DNA from: a virus
Length of the DNA stretch: 56,684 nucleotides
Virus record (IMG/VR): IMGVR_UViG_3300033148_001052
Coordinates: 1 to 56,684 of that record
Strand: one strand, 5' to 3'
Each line of letters begins with the position of its first letter. Position 1 is the stretch's first letter. A program made the position numbers and the translations under genes. A model generated the notes under the pieces. It had not been told where the DNA came from. It did not search any database and saw only the letters and a program-made list of their open reading frames with translations. Below, one piece after another: positions 42,230-51,489 of this stretch.

Positions 42230-42580
42230 CTATGCTTCCCAACGGGCTTTAGGTGATCGTACGTCAATATGGACACGCCCTTGGTATACACCGATACCGT
42301 ATTCGTTGGGGTGGAGGCTCTCCAAGTAGCTGACAACTTCTTCTTCCGGGATGCCAACGACTCGAAAGTCTGCTGCCTTACCCCGAATGTGTTGAGAATT
42401 TGTACTACCACCAATATCAGCATTGTGACAAGCACACCTATACCCACTATTAATAACAATTGGAGTGTTGAAATACTCTCTAACATCCTCTAATACCTCT
42501 ACTAATGCATAGTCAACAGTGTCTCCACCACACCCACAGCTACACTGAAATTCTTCTCTACTGAAATGCTTAGATAACAT
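42230..42580 (-). CDS. Peptidase M15-type cell-wall hydrolase (endolysin)
   Basis: FSREEFQC, NSGYRCACHN, NSQHIRGKAADF, RVHIDV: the zinc-binding H/D/H pattern of M15A-like peptidases. Confidence 0.8.
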   Translation of the reverse strand: MLSKHFSREEFQCSCGCGGDTVDYALVEVLEDVREYFNTPIVINSGYRCACHNADIGGSTNSQHIRGKAADFRVVGIPEEEVVSYLESLHPNEYGIGVYQGRVHIDVRSPKARWEA

Positions 42581-42590
42581 ATCATCATTC

Positions 42591-42929
42591 CTATTGATTA
42601 ACTATAGCTGTCCACAATAACCCAGCCATACCCACCACTACTAAACTAATTAGCGTACCAATGACAGACCTACGTATTAGAACAGAGTTAGCTTTCTTTT
42701 CCTCTACTATTACGTCATATAGAGGAACCTTTTTCTCCATAGTATCTAACCTACCATCATGGTTATCTATCTTCTGTCCATACCTAGCTAGAGTATCCCT
42801 AGTAGCCTTATGCTCTGTCTCTAACACAACAAGCTTCTCCACAGCGGCAGTTAATTTACCAAATGATGAGGCTATTGTATTCTCTAGTGTGTCTAGTCTA
42901 TGGTGTACTGCGCTATCTTCAGGTGACAT
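42591..42929 (-). CDS. Lysis-associated membrane protein (112 aa: coiled N-terminus, C-terminal TM)
   Basis: C-terminal VIGTLISLVVVGMAGLLWTAIV, adjacent to the endolysin. Confidence 0.4.
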   Translation of the reverse strand: MSPEDSAVHHRLDTLENTIASSFGKLTAAVEKLVVLETEHKATRDTLARYGQKIDNHDGRLDTMEKKVPLYDVIVEEKKANSVLIRRSVIGTLISLVVVGMAGLLWTAIVNQ

Positions 42930-43302
42930 CAGGTTCCTTCCTTTTTACATGTGTGCCCTTAGGGTCAAAGGGGTCTAAGAAATTCTTAGCAAACCAATCA
43001 GCAACTACATCACGCCAATCATTGTGTCTATCTAAGAGGTGTCTGTTTAATCTAGCTGTCATCAACCATTCTTGTGGTATTTCTAGGAACATGATAGTAC
43101 CTATGGTGAAGTTGAATACTAGATCTAGGAGAAGCCCAACACCAAGAGCAGGATAGGCAAACACTTTAACAATAGGTGTGAGAGCTTCTCTATTGCGCTT
43201 CAGGTTCATTACAGCTAAATAGAATACTAGGGTAAGGGTGGTAAGGAGATAAGCCAGCACAGGCCAATACAGAGCGTCTGAGAGGTATTCTAGGTAGGCC
43301 AT
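42919..43302 (-). CDS. Membrane protein (127 aa, about 3 TM), holin candidate
   Basis: WPVLAYLLTTLTLVFYLAV, VFAYPALGVGLLLDLVFNFTIGTIMFL. Confidence 0.4.
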   Translation of the reverse strand: MAYLEYLSDALYWPVLAYLLTTLTLVFYLAVMNLKRNREALTPIVKVFAYPALGVGLLLDLVFNFTIGTIMFLEIPQEWLMTARLNRHLLDRHNDWRDVVADWFAKNFLDPFDPKGTHVKRKEPDVT

Positions 43303-43742
43303 GATACATCCTCCCCCTTCTCTTTCTTATTACTCACCTCTCGGATAGCCCCTACACGTTTCCATGCCTCTACTCTGGCATTGGCTTCCTCAACTACTAC
43401 AGGATTCTGTAGGATGGATGGGTCAACCATAGCGGTATAGAGGACAGCAATCAGTTCAGCTAGGCTGTTACGCTGTTCTTCTTCACTCATACCATTAAGG
43501 ATGAGGGACTTGGCCTCTGCCTTAATCTCTGAGATGCGTTGAGCCTCTAGCTGCTCTTGGGTGAACTCATCCTCTGGCACATTGGGCACCGGATTAGGTG
43601 ATGATGTAACGGTAGGTTCAACAAGGTCAACTGGACGGAATAGAATCTCTGGCTCCGGTTTGGAGAACACCTCCCCATCAATAGACTCAAATGCTACCTC
43701 CTCTGCTTGCCACTCAACATGGATAGCAAGAGAGTCATCCAC
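43290..43742 (-). CDS. Acidic protein (150 aa from GTG 43742); the frame is open upstream to 43874
   Basis: ORF track. No ATG and a poorly spaced Shine-Dalgarno site. See the frame-break finding. Confidence 0.5.
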   Translation of the reverse strand: MDDSLAIHVEWQAEEVAFESIDGEVFSKPEPEILFRPVDLVEPTVTSSPNPVPNVPEDEFTQEQLEAQRISEIKAEAKSLILNGMSEEEQRNSLAELIAVLYTAMVDPSILQNPVVVEEANARVEAWKRVGAIREVSNKKEKGEDVSWPT

Positions 43743-43848
43743 TTCTCCCTGAGTGTAGTAGCCTTGAGGTTTGGTTACATTCTCAGGTAAGGTAGGCTGC
43801 TCACCTTCTCCATCCCAATTATCATAGGCATCAACAGCAGCCTGATAA

Positions 43849-44049
43849 TCAAGTAGGTTTTTCGTAACTCTGAACTAGTAGCCAGTTGTTATGCGCCTCT
43901 GTCTCTTCGATGAATGTAGACTCAAGGGCTTTCCAGTCATCATCCTTACCAATCAGCCAATCCTGAACATCTTGACGAGAATTAGCAAACCACTTGCCAT
44001 CAATAGCAAGGCCATCCCCTGCAATCTTAAAAGGTGTATTCTTAATCAT
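43849..44049 (-). CDS. Hypothetical protein (66 aa), possibly the N-terminal part of the next ORF
   Basis: ATGA overlap with the upstream gene. An A5 run lies just before its stop. Confidence 0.5.
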   Translation of the reverse strand: MIKNTPFKIAGDGLAIDGKWFANSRQDVQDWLIGKDDDWKALESTFIEETEAHNNWLLVQSYEKPT

Positions 44050-45029
44050 AGTTCGTTACCAAATCCGATAGCGGCTGTTGCATCATTATCATTAGTTAAT
44101 GCGTATGCTCCGTTGGCTACCAAGCCGCTTGCTACATCAACCTTTAAGGCGGTGACGGTCTTGGAGCAGCCAGTAGTATTAATCACTATGGCCGTTACTG
44201 CATAATCGCCCGTTCTGCTAGTTAATTTTAGATTCCCTGTGGTGCTTAATGTGTCTGCTATTGCTTGCAATTCACCATGATGGAGTAGTACGTGGCATCT
44301 TGTTGTTGAGCTTGCGATGCCATCAGCATAATTAGCATAGGCTTGGTCTGAATCAGGCTGATACCAATACCCACGACACAAAGCCAACTCTTCCCCATAC
44401 TCCCTATCCCCACTAAGCCTGTGTGAGCCGAGGTCAAGGCGAACACCATCTCCCCCGAACTCTATATAATCCCCACTGGAAATGGTAGCAGTGCCTCCTG
44501 CCGATGAGCTAATCATTATATAAATGATAAGTTGAGTTGCAGCAGAGTCTACTGTGAACGTGAAGGCCATATCATTAACTACATCAGTATTAGTGACACG
44601 CTGAGTATATGTATCAACTCCATCATCAATATATATCCTAGCATTTATGCGACTAGACTTAATTAGAGTTGATATGGTTACAGTCTCCCCAGCGTACTTA
44701 TTGAAATCCTCTATTGTTTGTGAGAAACCTAATGAGCCATCTGCTAGGGTTGCTTCGGCCTTTAACCAACCATCAACTAAGGATAAATTTCCAGCAATAT
44801 TGTTCCTAACAGACTTCCACATATCTATTTGAACACCACCATTAACCATAGCAACAGGACTGGAAATATCAGCCTTCTGGTTTACTGTGAATTTCCCATT
44901 ATAAATCCCATTCCCTGCGCTGTTCTTGGCAATAGGCCATAGGGCTGCAATGTCAGCTAGTACACCTGTGAGCTTAGATTTAACACGCTCATAGGCTTGC
45001 TTTAGGTTTAGCTTTGGTCTAGTTATCAT
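44046..45029 (-). CDS. Tail fibre / receptor-binding-module protein (327 aa)
   Basis: Position within the fibre cluster, beta-rich Ser/Thr/Gly composition. Confidence 0.5.
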   Translation of the reverse strand: MITRPKLNLKQAYERVKSKLTGVLADIAALWPIAKNSAGNGIYNGKFTVNQKADISSPVAMVNGGVQIDMWKSVRNNIAGNLSLVDGWLKAEATLADGSLGFSQTIEDFNKYAGETVTISTLIKSSRINARIYIDDGVDTYTQRVTNTDVVNDMAFTFTVDSAATQLIIYIMISSSAGGTATISSGDYIEFGGDGVRLDLGSHRLSGDREYGEELALCRGYWYQPDSDQAYANYADGIASSTTRCHVLLHHGELQAIADTLSTTGNLKLTSRTGDYAVTAIVINTTGCSKTVTALKVDVASGLVANGAYALTNDNDATAAIGFGNEL

Positions 45030-45439
45030 TCTGCAATTACCTCCCCGTCAGAAGCTACGACAATATCTGCTGTAGATGCCTCTGTATTAATTACCGTTGA
45101 CCCTTGAATAGTTGTCAGAGTATCCCCTGATTGAGCATAGAGCTGCTTCTTGTAGTCATCCCATGCGAGGGAGCTAATAGCATCACTAGCACCCCCAAGG
45201 GTTGCATCAGACCCATTAACGATTAGGGGCTTCTCTTGCTTGTAGATATGCTCGCTGTCCTCTGAGCTTGGTGCTCCTGCGCCTATGCGCCATAGGGCTA
45301 GAGAGCTATTGTCAGCGGGGCCACCAGCTAAATAATCTGCACCAATAGTTAAAACTGCATCCGTACCAGTTACGCTGGCAGCTTGAACGCCAGAATAACT
45401 AAGCTCTCCATCGATAATAACCAGCCCCGCTCTTTCTAG
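45026..45439 (-). pseudogene. Start-less ORF segment (137 codons) that continues the LamG-like domain of 45399-46628 in the +1 frame
   Basis: LVIIDGELSYSG..LTIGADYLAGG..LALWRIGAGAPSSEDSEHIY is the expected C-terminal half of a concanavalin/LamG fold. It has no start codon, and its stop overlaps the next ATG (ATGA). Confidence 0.6.
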
Positions 45440-46628
45440 CTATCATTAGATGATGCCAAACATTGTCCGTAACATCTGTAACACCTGTCACAGTTATTCC
45501 GTTTATAATAGTGGCTAGGTATCCTGTTGTAGTATTTGTTTGTACTCTTAAAAGATTCCCGTCTGCTGCACTACCTCTTCCAACAAATCTATCAGAGGAA
45601 GTTGCTCCATTGGTTTTGAACCACCCCATCATATAGAAATCCCCAGTACCGAAATCTAGGTCTGAGTTATAGGGTTGCTCAAAGAAGTTAGCTGCGCTAA
45701 AGCCTGAATAACCGACAAGACTCCCATCACCACCTAGAGCGGTCTTTGTGATAGTGCCATTTATCTGTAGGCCATTACCGTTTACGCTTCTGTCTATGTC
45801 TGCTAGGCGGACAGACACATTATCGTAATTAGCTGTCCCTGTAGTGCTGCCCGTAACCCCTAAATCAATCTTAGTCGATGTCGATGTGGCAACAAACGAG
45901 ATTGTTCTAACGCCAAGTGTCGGAGTAGAGGATTCATCTATCTGAGTACCACCCGTTACATTTATCCAAATACCATTAGTGGCTGATACGGCCTCCACCG
46001 ATAAAACATAAGGCTTTCCAATAACAGTAGTTACTGTCTGTGTAGCACCAACGCTATTGCCACTATTTCTGTCTACATTAAGTTCGCCACTTGACCAAGT
46101 CAGGATTGCAGTACTCTCACCAGTCCACCCACTCGTATCACTATCAAACGTCCCATTAGTAACCAGCTCACTACCCGTCACATCGGTATCGTCTGAGTCA
46201 GCTAACCATGCCCCTTTAATATCACCAGCTAGCCATCCACTCTGGTAGTCTGAGGTGATGTTATTAATAAGACTTAATGAGGGGTCTGAAATGTTCTCTT
46301 TGATTAATGCTAATAAGTCACCTCCTGCCGCTAAAATATCGCCATAAGCAATCTCATACGGCTTACCTGAATCAGGGTATTCAATATCGGCATTAAGTCC
46401 TGTATAGCCGTACCGAGAATTCCTTAGGAATCCGTCAGCAATAGCGTCAGACGTTTTAAATATATCCACGAGAGCAAACCCAAGGAAACCAGCAGCAAAT
46501 CTTGCACCATCATTAGAGAAATTAATCCGCTCTACCGCCGATGTTCCCGAGCTATCCCAAACACTCCTATCAGTACGTCCTACACTCACACCCCCATCCG
46601 TAGCTACTGCCCAAGTAACAGGAATCAC
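45399..46628 (-). CDS. Tail fibre segment with CBM4/9-like and LamG-like domains (409 codons, no ATG start)
   Basis: ELVTNGTFDSDTSGWTG...YDNVSV (CBM-like), FYMMGWF...NVWHHLMIARKSG (LamG-like). The only start is a GTG without a Shine-Dalgarno site, 59 nt inside the upstream ORF. Confidence 0.6.
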   Translation of the reverse strand: MIPVTWAVATDGGVSVGRTDRSVWDSSGTSAVERINFSNDGARFAAGFLGFALVDIFKTSDAIADGFLRNSRYGYTGLNADIEYPDSGKPYEIAYGDILAAGGDLLALIKENISDPSLSLINNITSDYQSGWLAGDIKGAWLADSDDTDVTGSELVTNGTFDSDTSGWTGESTAILTWSSGELNVDRNSGNSVGATQTVTTVIGKPYVLSVEAVSATNGIWINVTGGTQIDESSTPTLGVRTISFVATSTSTKIDLGVTGSTTGTANYDNVSVRLADIDRSVNGNGLQINGTITKTALGGDGSLVGYSGFSAANFFEQPYNSDLDFGTGDFYMMGWFKTNGATSSDRFVGRGSAADGNLLRVQTNTTTGYLATIINGITVTGVTDVTDNVWHHLMIARKSGAGYYRWRA

Positions 46629-48639
46629 CTGCTAGATGTGCGTCTTGTGGGAGTTGGGTGGTGGCGATGTCGTTGACTACTTCATCTACTATAAATGGCC
46701 CAATAACGGCATCAGTTATTCCTGCACCAGAACCGTCATTCCTTTCACTAATATTTTGGTATATCAGGATATTGCCCATTCCTGATGCACGATAATTCTT
46801 AGCGCTATCTGTAAGTAGGTTTATTACAAATAGGCCATCGTTTGCAGTGTTAGCCCCAACAAATAAATTACCTCCACGCAACTCAACCGAGGACATAGTT
46901 AATGTCCCAGTTAGAATATTTCCCGCAGCATTAACAAACTTCATCCACAGCACGGGTTCAGATTGCGTAAGGTCATAAACAGTTATATCGTTTGCCTGTG
47001 CAACAGCTACAGCCCGTGCAGGGAATTCTCGTTGTGGCCCTCGATAGGTTGTACCCCATGAAGATGATAGATACTTCTGGAATGTGGAAGTTGTCTCATT
47101 CCAGCAAGTATCACCCTCATTAGGGGATAGGGCATCTCGCTCAGTAGTTGTGATAGAGCCATAATCTTCTCTGTCACCACCCACGCCATCCTCATCAAAC
47201 CATGATTTATCTTCCATCATTAGAGGCCAGTTGCTTTCTAAGTAAGGCTCATAGATATTAGATACGGCTACAGCTGTGGTGATGCCGGGGAAGGTTTCTG
47301 ATACAGCAGCTAAGTCTACTCCATTAGCTGTGAGTACATCTAGGTCTGAAATGGTTACGCCTGTATCTGTAGAGGAATTACCATCAGTTCCATCATATCT
47401 TACTACAGCATTATCTGTAGAAGTGATAGGGCCAATGATAGCATTAGTAGGGCCATTAGACATCTCGATAGTAACTTTATCACCAGATGCGCTACCTACT
47501 AGAGTGATGTCATCACCAGCCTCAATGGTTAGCGTGTCTGCATCCAAGTCTGCTTCAATAGTGCTATCACCTGTTACTACACCTGTGCCTGTGGCTGCTA
47601 GAGTGATTGTCTTAAAGGCTGGATCATTAACTTCAGCGAGAGCTTCTACACCATCTAGCTTAGTGCCGTCTGTAGCTACATCTCGTCCATCCACTGTACC
47701 TGTGACAGTAATGTTTCCATTAACTGTAGCAGAGGTTCCAGTGATAGCTGTACCAGTGATAGCAGCAGGAGTAGTTCCACCAATAATAGTAGAGTCAATA
47801 GTACCCCCATCAATATCAGGAGCATTGATGTCTGGAGTATTTACAACAGGAGTTGTTAGGGTTTTATTAGTAAGAGTTTCTGAGCCGGCAATAGTAGCGA
47901 AGTTATCATCACTAAGAGCTGTATTGAATTCAGCAGTGGTTCCTGTTACAGTGGCTTCTGATAGGTCTACGGTGATGGTATTAGTAGCACTATCAACAGT
48001 CTTATTAGTTAGAGTTTGTGTATCACTAGTACCTACAATAGTTCCTGTAGCACCATGTACACCAGAAGTAGCTGCGAGGTGAGTGTCCCCCGCAGTACCA
48101 TCAGCAGCAATATCTCGTCCATCCACTGTACCAGTGACCGTGATATTACCATTGATAGTTGCCCCAGTACCTACGATAGCTGTGAAGCTACCAGCAGCAG
48201 GGGTTGTGTTTCCAATCACTGTACCATCAATACTACCACCATTAACATCTACAGTTGTGAACGTAACTGTTCCTGTAGAAGTAATAGTGTCCACATAAAG
48301 AGTTTTAAATGATTCAGTAGCAGTCCCAAGATCCACATCACTATCAGTAGTGGGAGCAATAGCACCATCAGAAAGAACAAACTGCTGTACAGGATTACCA
48401 GCACCATCATGGTCAATCCAGAATTCAATAGTGTCTCCATTGATTACAATGTAATTGTGCTTATCAGCATCAGAGATGATGGGGACATATGCACCCTCAG
48501 CAGCAGTGCCGTCATGGGTATGTCCTGTTGCTTGTGCGAATGCCTGTACAAGGGCATTGTATTCATTATTTAGATGAGAAGCCTCATTCTGTACATCATT
48601 TGCAATGTTAGCTTCTTCTTGTCTGATATATCCTGCCAT
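46570..48639 (-). CDS. Tail fibre / tailspike protein, N-terminal and repeat region (689 aa)
   Basis: Two copies of GG.ID.T.IG.TTPAA...NGNITVTGTVDGRD. Thr/Gly/Val-rich. Confidence 0.65.
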   Translation of the reverse strand: MAGYIRQEEANIANDVQNEASHLNNEYNALVQAFAQATGHTHDGTAAEGAYVPIISDADKHNYIVINGDTIEFWIDHDGAGNPVQQFVLSDGAIAPTTDSDVDLGTATESFKTLYVDTITSTGTVTFTTVDVNGGSIDGTVIGNTTPAAGSFTAIVGTGATINGNITVTGTVDGRDIAADGTAGDTHLAATSGVHGATGTIVGTSDTQTLTNKTVDSATNTITVDLSEATVTGTTAEFNTALSDDNFATIAGSETLTNKTLTTPVVNTPDINAPDIDGGTIDSTIIGGTTPAAITGTAITGTSATVNGNITVTGTVDGRDVATDGTKLDGVEALAEVNDPAFKTITLAATGTGVVTGDSTIEADLDADTLTIEAGDDITLVGSASGDKVTIEMSNGPTNAIIGPITSTDNAVVRYDGTDGNSSTDTGVTISDLDVLTANGVDLAAVSETFPGITTAVAVSNIYEPYLESNWPLMMEDKSWFDEDGVGGDREDYGSITTTERDALSPNEGDTCWNETTSTFQKYLSSSWGTTYRGPQREFPARAVAVAQANDITVYDLTQSEPVLWMKFVNAAGNILTGTLTMSSVELRGGNLFVGANTANDGLFVINLLTDSAKNYRASGMGNILIYQNISERNDGSGAGITDAVIGPFIVDEVVNDIATTQLPQDAHLAGDSCYLGSSYGWGCECRTY

Positions 48640-48640
48640 A

Positions 48641-50230
48641 TTAGTCTACCCTTCCTGAAGGATGTACATCAACGTAGAATCCGCTGATGGTATATAAAGA
48701 TGTTGTATCATTAGTTTCAAATTGAAATGAATTAGAGCCACCACTACCTTCTACATTAAGTCCAATCAAAGGAGCTACAGGACTTCCATAATAGAAACTG
48801 CCATAAACCATAGTTCCATATAGAGAAGGTGGATTAACTGTATCTAGTGTATAAGGTTGTGGGTGATGAATACTTGCACTACCAAAGTCATACTTAATAG
48901 TAACTGCTAGGTCAGAGGAAGCTTCTGTTGTTAGAGAGAGCTTCAAACTATATAAAGTCTTTCTCATACCAACATCACCATAGTCAATGTCTGGAGTCTT
49001 AAAGATGGCATGTACAGCAGCACCATTAAAGTCTGTGCCTGAGATATGATTATAAACCCAACCATCATAATCACCATGATAGATACGCTCAAGTACATTC
49101 ATATCCATCTCAGAAGAAATTCTATTAACTTCTATACCTAGAGTCTCTGACCATTCCCACTTCATTCCACCATTATCATACTTAAGTACACCAATAATAC
49201 CTCGTTGAACTGCGGTCTCTTGTGTAGACTTAGTATAGAATAGTCTATATTGATTCTTACTTCTAATTACTGTAGAGGAAATATCAAAGTCATTAATATT
49301 ATCTGCTATGTTTTTAATGAGAGGATGAATAGGTTTACTGATAGTAGAGATTTCAATATCATCAATCCTATCTGTACCTGCTAGAGTGCGTAGTCCATCT
49401 TGAGCTAGAAATACTAAGTCACCACCCACCTCTTGAATAGAGCATCCCTCTAAACAACCTACGTTCCTAGTAACTGTTTTCCTAGTGGGGTTCATATCTA
49501 TGTCTGAGATGGCATGGATAGACCTTTTACAGAATACATAAAGAACATCACGATGAACCTTAATCCCTGTAATCTTATCTCCTACATCTACAGCACCAGC
49601 ACTAGCTAGAGTGAAATCATTAGGAGTAAATCTACCACTCCAAAACACTGTACTATCTAGGTGTACTACGCTTCTCTCTTTATAAATAATATTATATTCT
49701 GGAGAAGCAGGAGCACCTACAGCTTCTTCCACTTCTTCGTAGTAATACTTACGACCACCAGAGTCAGTAATTTTAAAGTGAGCAATTAGATTCACACCAT
49801 CAGTTAGAATAAGAGTACCATACTCCTCATCACCTTCATAGATAGAGATGATGTTTCTCTCTTGGTTTGTACGAGCATTCTCTCCTGCTGCCGCAAGAGC
49901 TGTGCTATCTAGTCCTGCCTCAGCTCCAGTTTTATTCACTTGAATCCAAGTGATACCATCAGTAGAGAAATATACACCAGTATCTTGACAGGCTACAACA
50001 CCATCAGCATATCTGAATACACCTAGGTTAGGTGAGGTAGTTCCTGCTGGTGTTGTGGCAGAGCCTCCTCCAAACTTATCAAACCCATCTATCCTACGAT
50101 AACCTCCAGTGATAGAGCTTTCAAAGTTAATGAGTCTTGTAGCTGCTCCGGGAGTTTTGAATAGCTGGATGACATTAGAAGCCTTATCCAAACCACCAGC
50201 ACAGGAGAAACTAGCAGTAGTTTCTGCCAT
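48641..50230 (-). CDS. Tail tube / nozzle-type protein (529 aa, gp12-like by position)
   Basis: Gene order capsid, 253 aa, 529 aa, fibre mirrors T7 gp10-gp11-gp12-gp17. No motif proof. Confidence 0.4.
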   Translation of the reverse strand: MAETTASFSCAGGLDKASNVIQLFKTPGAATRLINFESSITGGYRRIDGFDKFGGGSATTPAGTTSPNLGVFRYADGVVACQDTGVYFSTDGITWIQVNKTGAEAGLDSTALAAAGENARTNQERNIISIYEGDEEYGTLILTDGVNLIAHFKITDSGGRKYYYEEVEEAVGAPASPEYNIIYKERSVVHLDSTVFWSGRFTPNDFTLASAGAVDVGDKITGIKVHRDVLYVFCKRSIHAISDIDMNPTRKTVTRNVGCLEGCSIQEVGGDLVFLAQDGLRTLAGTDRIDDIEISTISKPIHPLIKNIADNINDFDISSTVIRSKNQYRLFYTKSTQETAVQRGIIGVLKYDNGGMKWEWSETLGIEVNRISSEMDMNVLERIYHGDYDGWVYNHISGTDFNGAAVHAIFKTPDIDYGDVGMRKTLYSLKLSLTTEASSDLAVTIKYDFGSASIHHPQPYTLDTVNPPSLYGTMVYGSFYYGSPVAPLIGLNVEGSGGSNSFQFETNDTTSLYTISGFYVDVHPSGRVD

Positions 50231-50991
50231 TACATACGACCTGTACTATTGGAGGTCATATATTCATCCATAGGATTGAGGTCATGGCGCATACGCTTAA
50301 GTCCTCTATTGTATTCAGTGAGGGCTGCTCGGCTTTCTTCTGTGTTAGCTTTGAACTGGTGTACATAGTAACGGATACGAGACATTAGTACAGGGAGATA
50401 TTGAGAGGGCATTACAATACTATCATCGTAAGCATTTAGAATTGTCAGTTGATCCCAAGCAAAATAGTATATACGATATATACCATCAGGGATGGGAGAG
50501 AGACCAAACTGATTATTATTTGGATAGCGCATGACACGCTTAGGTTGTCCATAGGTTTGTTGGTCAGACTTATCACGATTCTCTGTAGAAGCAAAATACC
50601 GTTTCCAATCTGTCATACTCACTTCTGGAACATGCTCCACTACATAGGGAGCTGTCTTACCTGATACACCCTCTTCCGTAAGAGTGAATGAAGCCCAATC
50701 TACATGGGCATATTGCTCATCGGCTTCCGTTGCAGAATCCTTTAAGTCATACCAGCGTTGTCCTGCTACAGTCTCAATGTAAACATTACCTAGGTGTTGC
50801 TCTGAGCTTTCACCTGTAGCCATCCAAGGCCACTTATGTTCCTCATCGTGGATGTCACGATAGGCTCTGTTCACTGCTGAACGTACGAAACGCTGTATGT
50901 TGGTGCTTGTTGAAAAGTTAGCTGAGGTCAATGGAACTTCATTGATCTCATATAACACCTCATTTACAATATCTAGGAAACTGGTACTCAT
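50230..50991 (-). CDS. Tail adaptor / tubular protein A-type (253 aa, by position)
   Basis: Gene order only. Confidence 0.4.
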   Translation of the reverse strand: MSTSFLDIVNEVLYEINEVPLTSANFSTSTNIQRFVRSAVNRAYRDIHDEEHKWPWMATGESSEQHLGNVYIETVAGQRWYDLKDSATEADEQYAHVDWASFTLTEEGVSGKTAPYVVEHVPEVSMTDWKRYFASTENRDKSDQQTYGQPKRVMRYPNNNQFGLSPIPDGIYRIYYFAWDQLTILNAYDDSIVMPSQYLPVLMSRIRYYVHQFKANTEESRAALTEYNRGLKRMRHDLNPMDEYMTSNSTGRM

Positions 50992-51344
50992 AGTTCTTCT
51001 ATACTCCGATTTTCTTCAAGTTTGCCTGTGGCACCATTCCTACTTCTACCTTTACTCTTCATATCCGCCATGTTATCTGTATGGGTTCCTAAGAAGAGAT
51101 GCTCTGGGTTTACACATGATGGATTATCACATGTATGTAATACTTGGTATGGCCCTATATTAGTTTCATTATATAGTTCATACGCTATTCTGTGTGTTCG
51201 TTGTCCTAAGAATTGTCCGTAACCTTGTTTTGTTTTAGTTCCGACCCATTCCCAACAATCTCCATCACACTCTTTATCTACTTTTCCTTCAAACATATCA
51301 ACAAAAGATGTTACTTGTTTGAATTCACATAAAGGAATATACAT
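50988..51344 (-). CDS. HNH homing-type endonuclease (118 aa)
   Basis: GDCWEW.G....GYG, HRIAYEL, HTCDNPSCVNPEHLFLGTHTDNMAD. Confidence 0.85.
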   Translation of the reverse strand: MYIPLCEFKQVTSFVDMFEGKVDKECDGDCWEWVGTKTKQGYGQFLGQRTHRIAYELYNETNIGPYQVLHTCDNPSCVNPEHLFLGTHTDNMADMKSKGRSRNGATGKLEENRSIEEL

Positions 51345-51445
51345 ACTATTAGTCTCCTATAGTTATCTCAAATATAAAAGGAATACTCGCAGGTCATGAG
51401 ACTATGACTTTTCGGGGGCTACCCTAGCGAGTTCCATTAGAGAAG

Positions 51446-51489
51446 TTTTTACAATCCCTACTTATAAGATGTAACTAGTTGGACAAAAT
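51446..51489 (-). promoter_or_regulatory. Conserved 44-bp element, copy B, between the capsid gene and the HNH/tail genes
   Basis: 41/44 identical to 4794-4837. Overlaps the hairpin TAGTTGG-n8-CCAACTA. Confidence 0.5.

Noticed and set aside
42217-42486. 89-aa ORF with an N-terminal TM helix embedded out of frame in the endolysin gene (a possible embedded lysis gene)
   Set aside because: It lies entirely within the well-supported M15 peptidase ORF. It has no Shine-Dalgarno site, and embedded spanin genes normally sit inside i-spanin genes, not endolysin genes. This could be revisited with ribosome profiling.
47276-48082. 268-aa + strand ORF (and similar ones at 48016-48312 and 48083-48298) inside the fibre gene
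   Set aside because: They run antisense to a much longer ORF with recognisable repeats. Their Ser/Val/Pro-rich low-complexity translation is typical of the reverse frame of Thr/Gly-rich genes.
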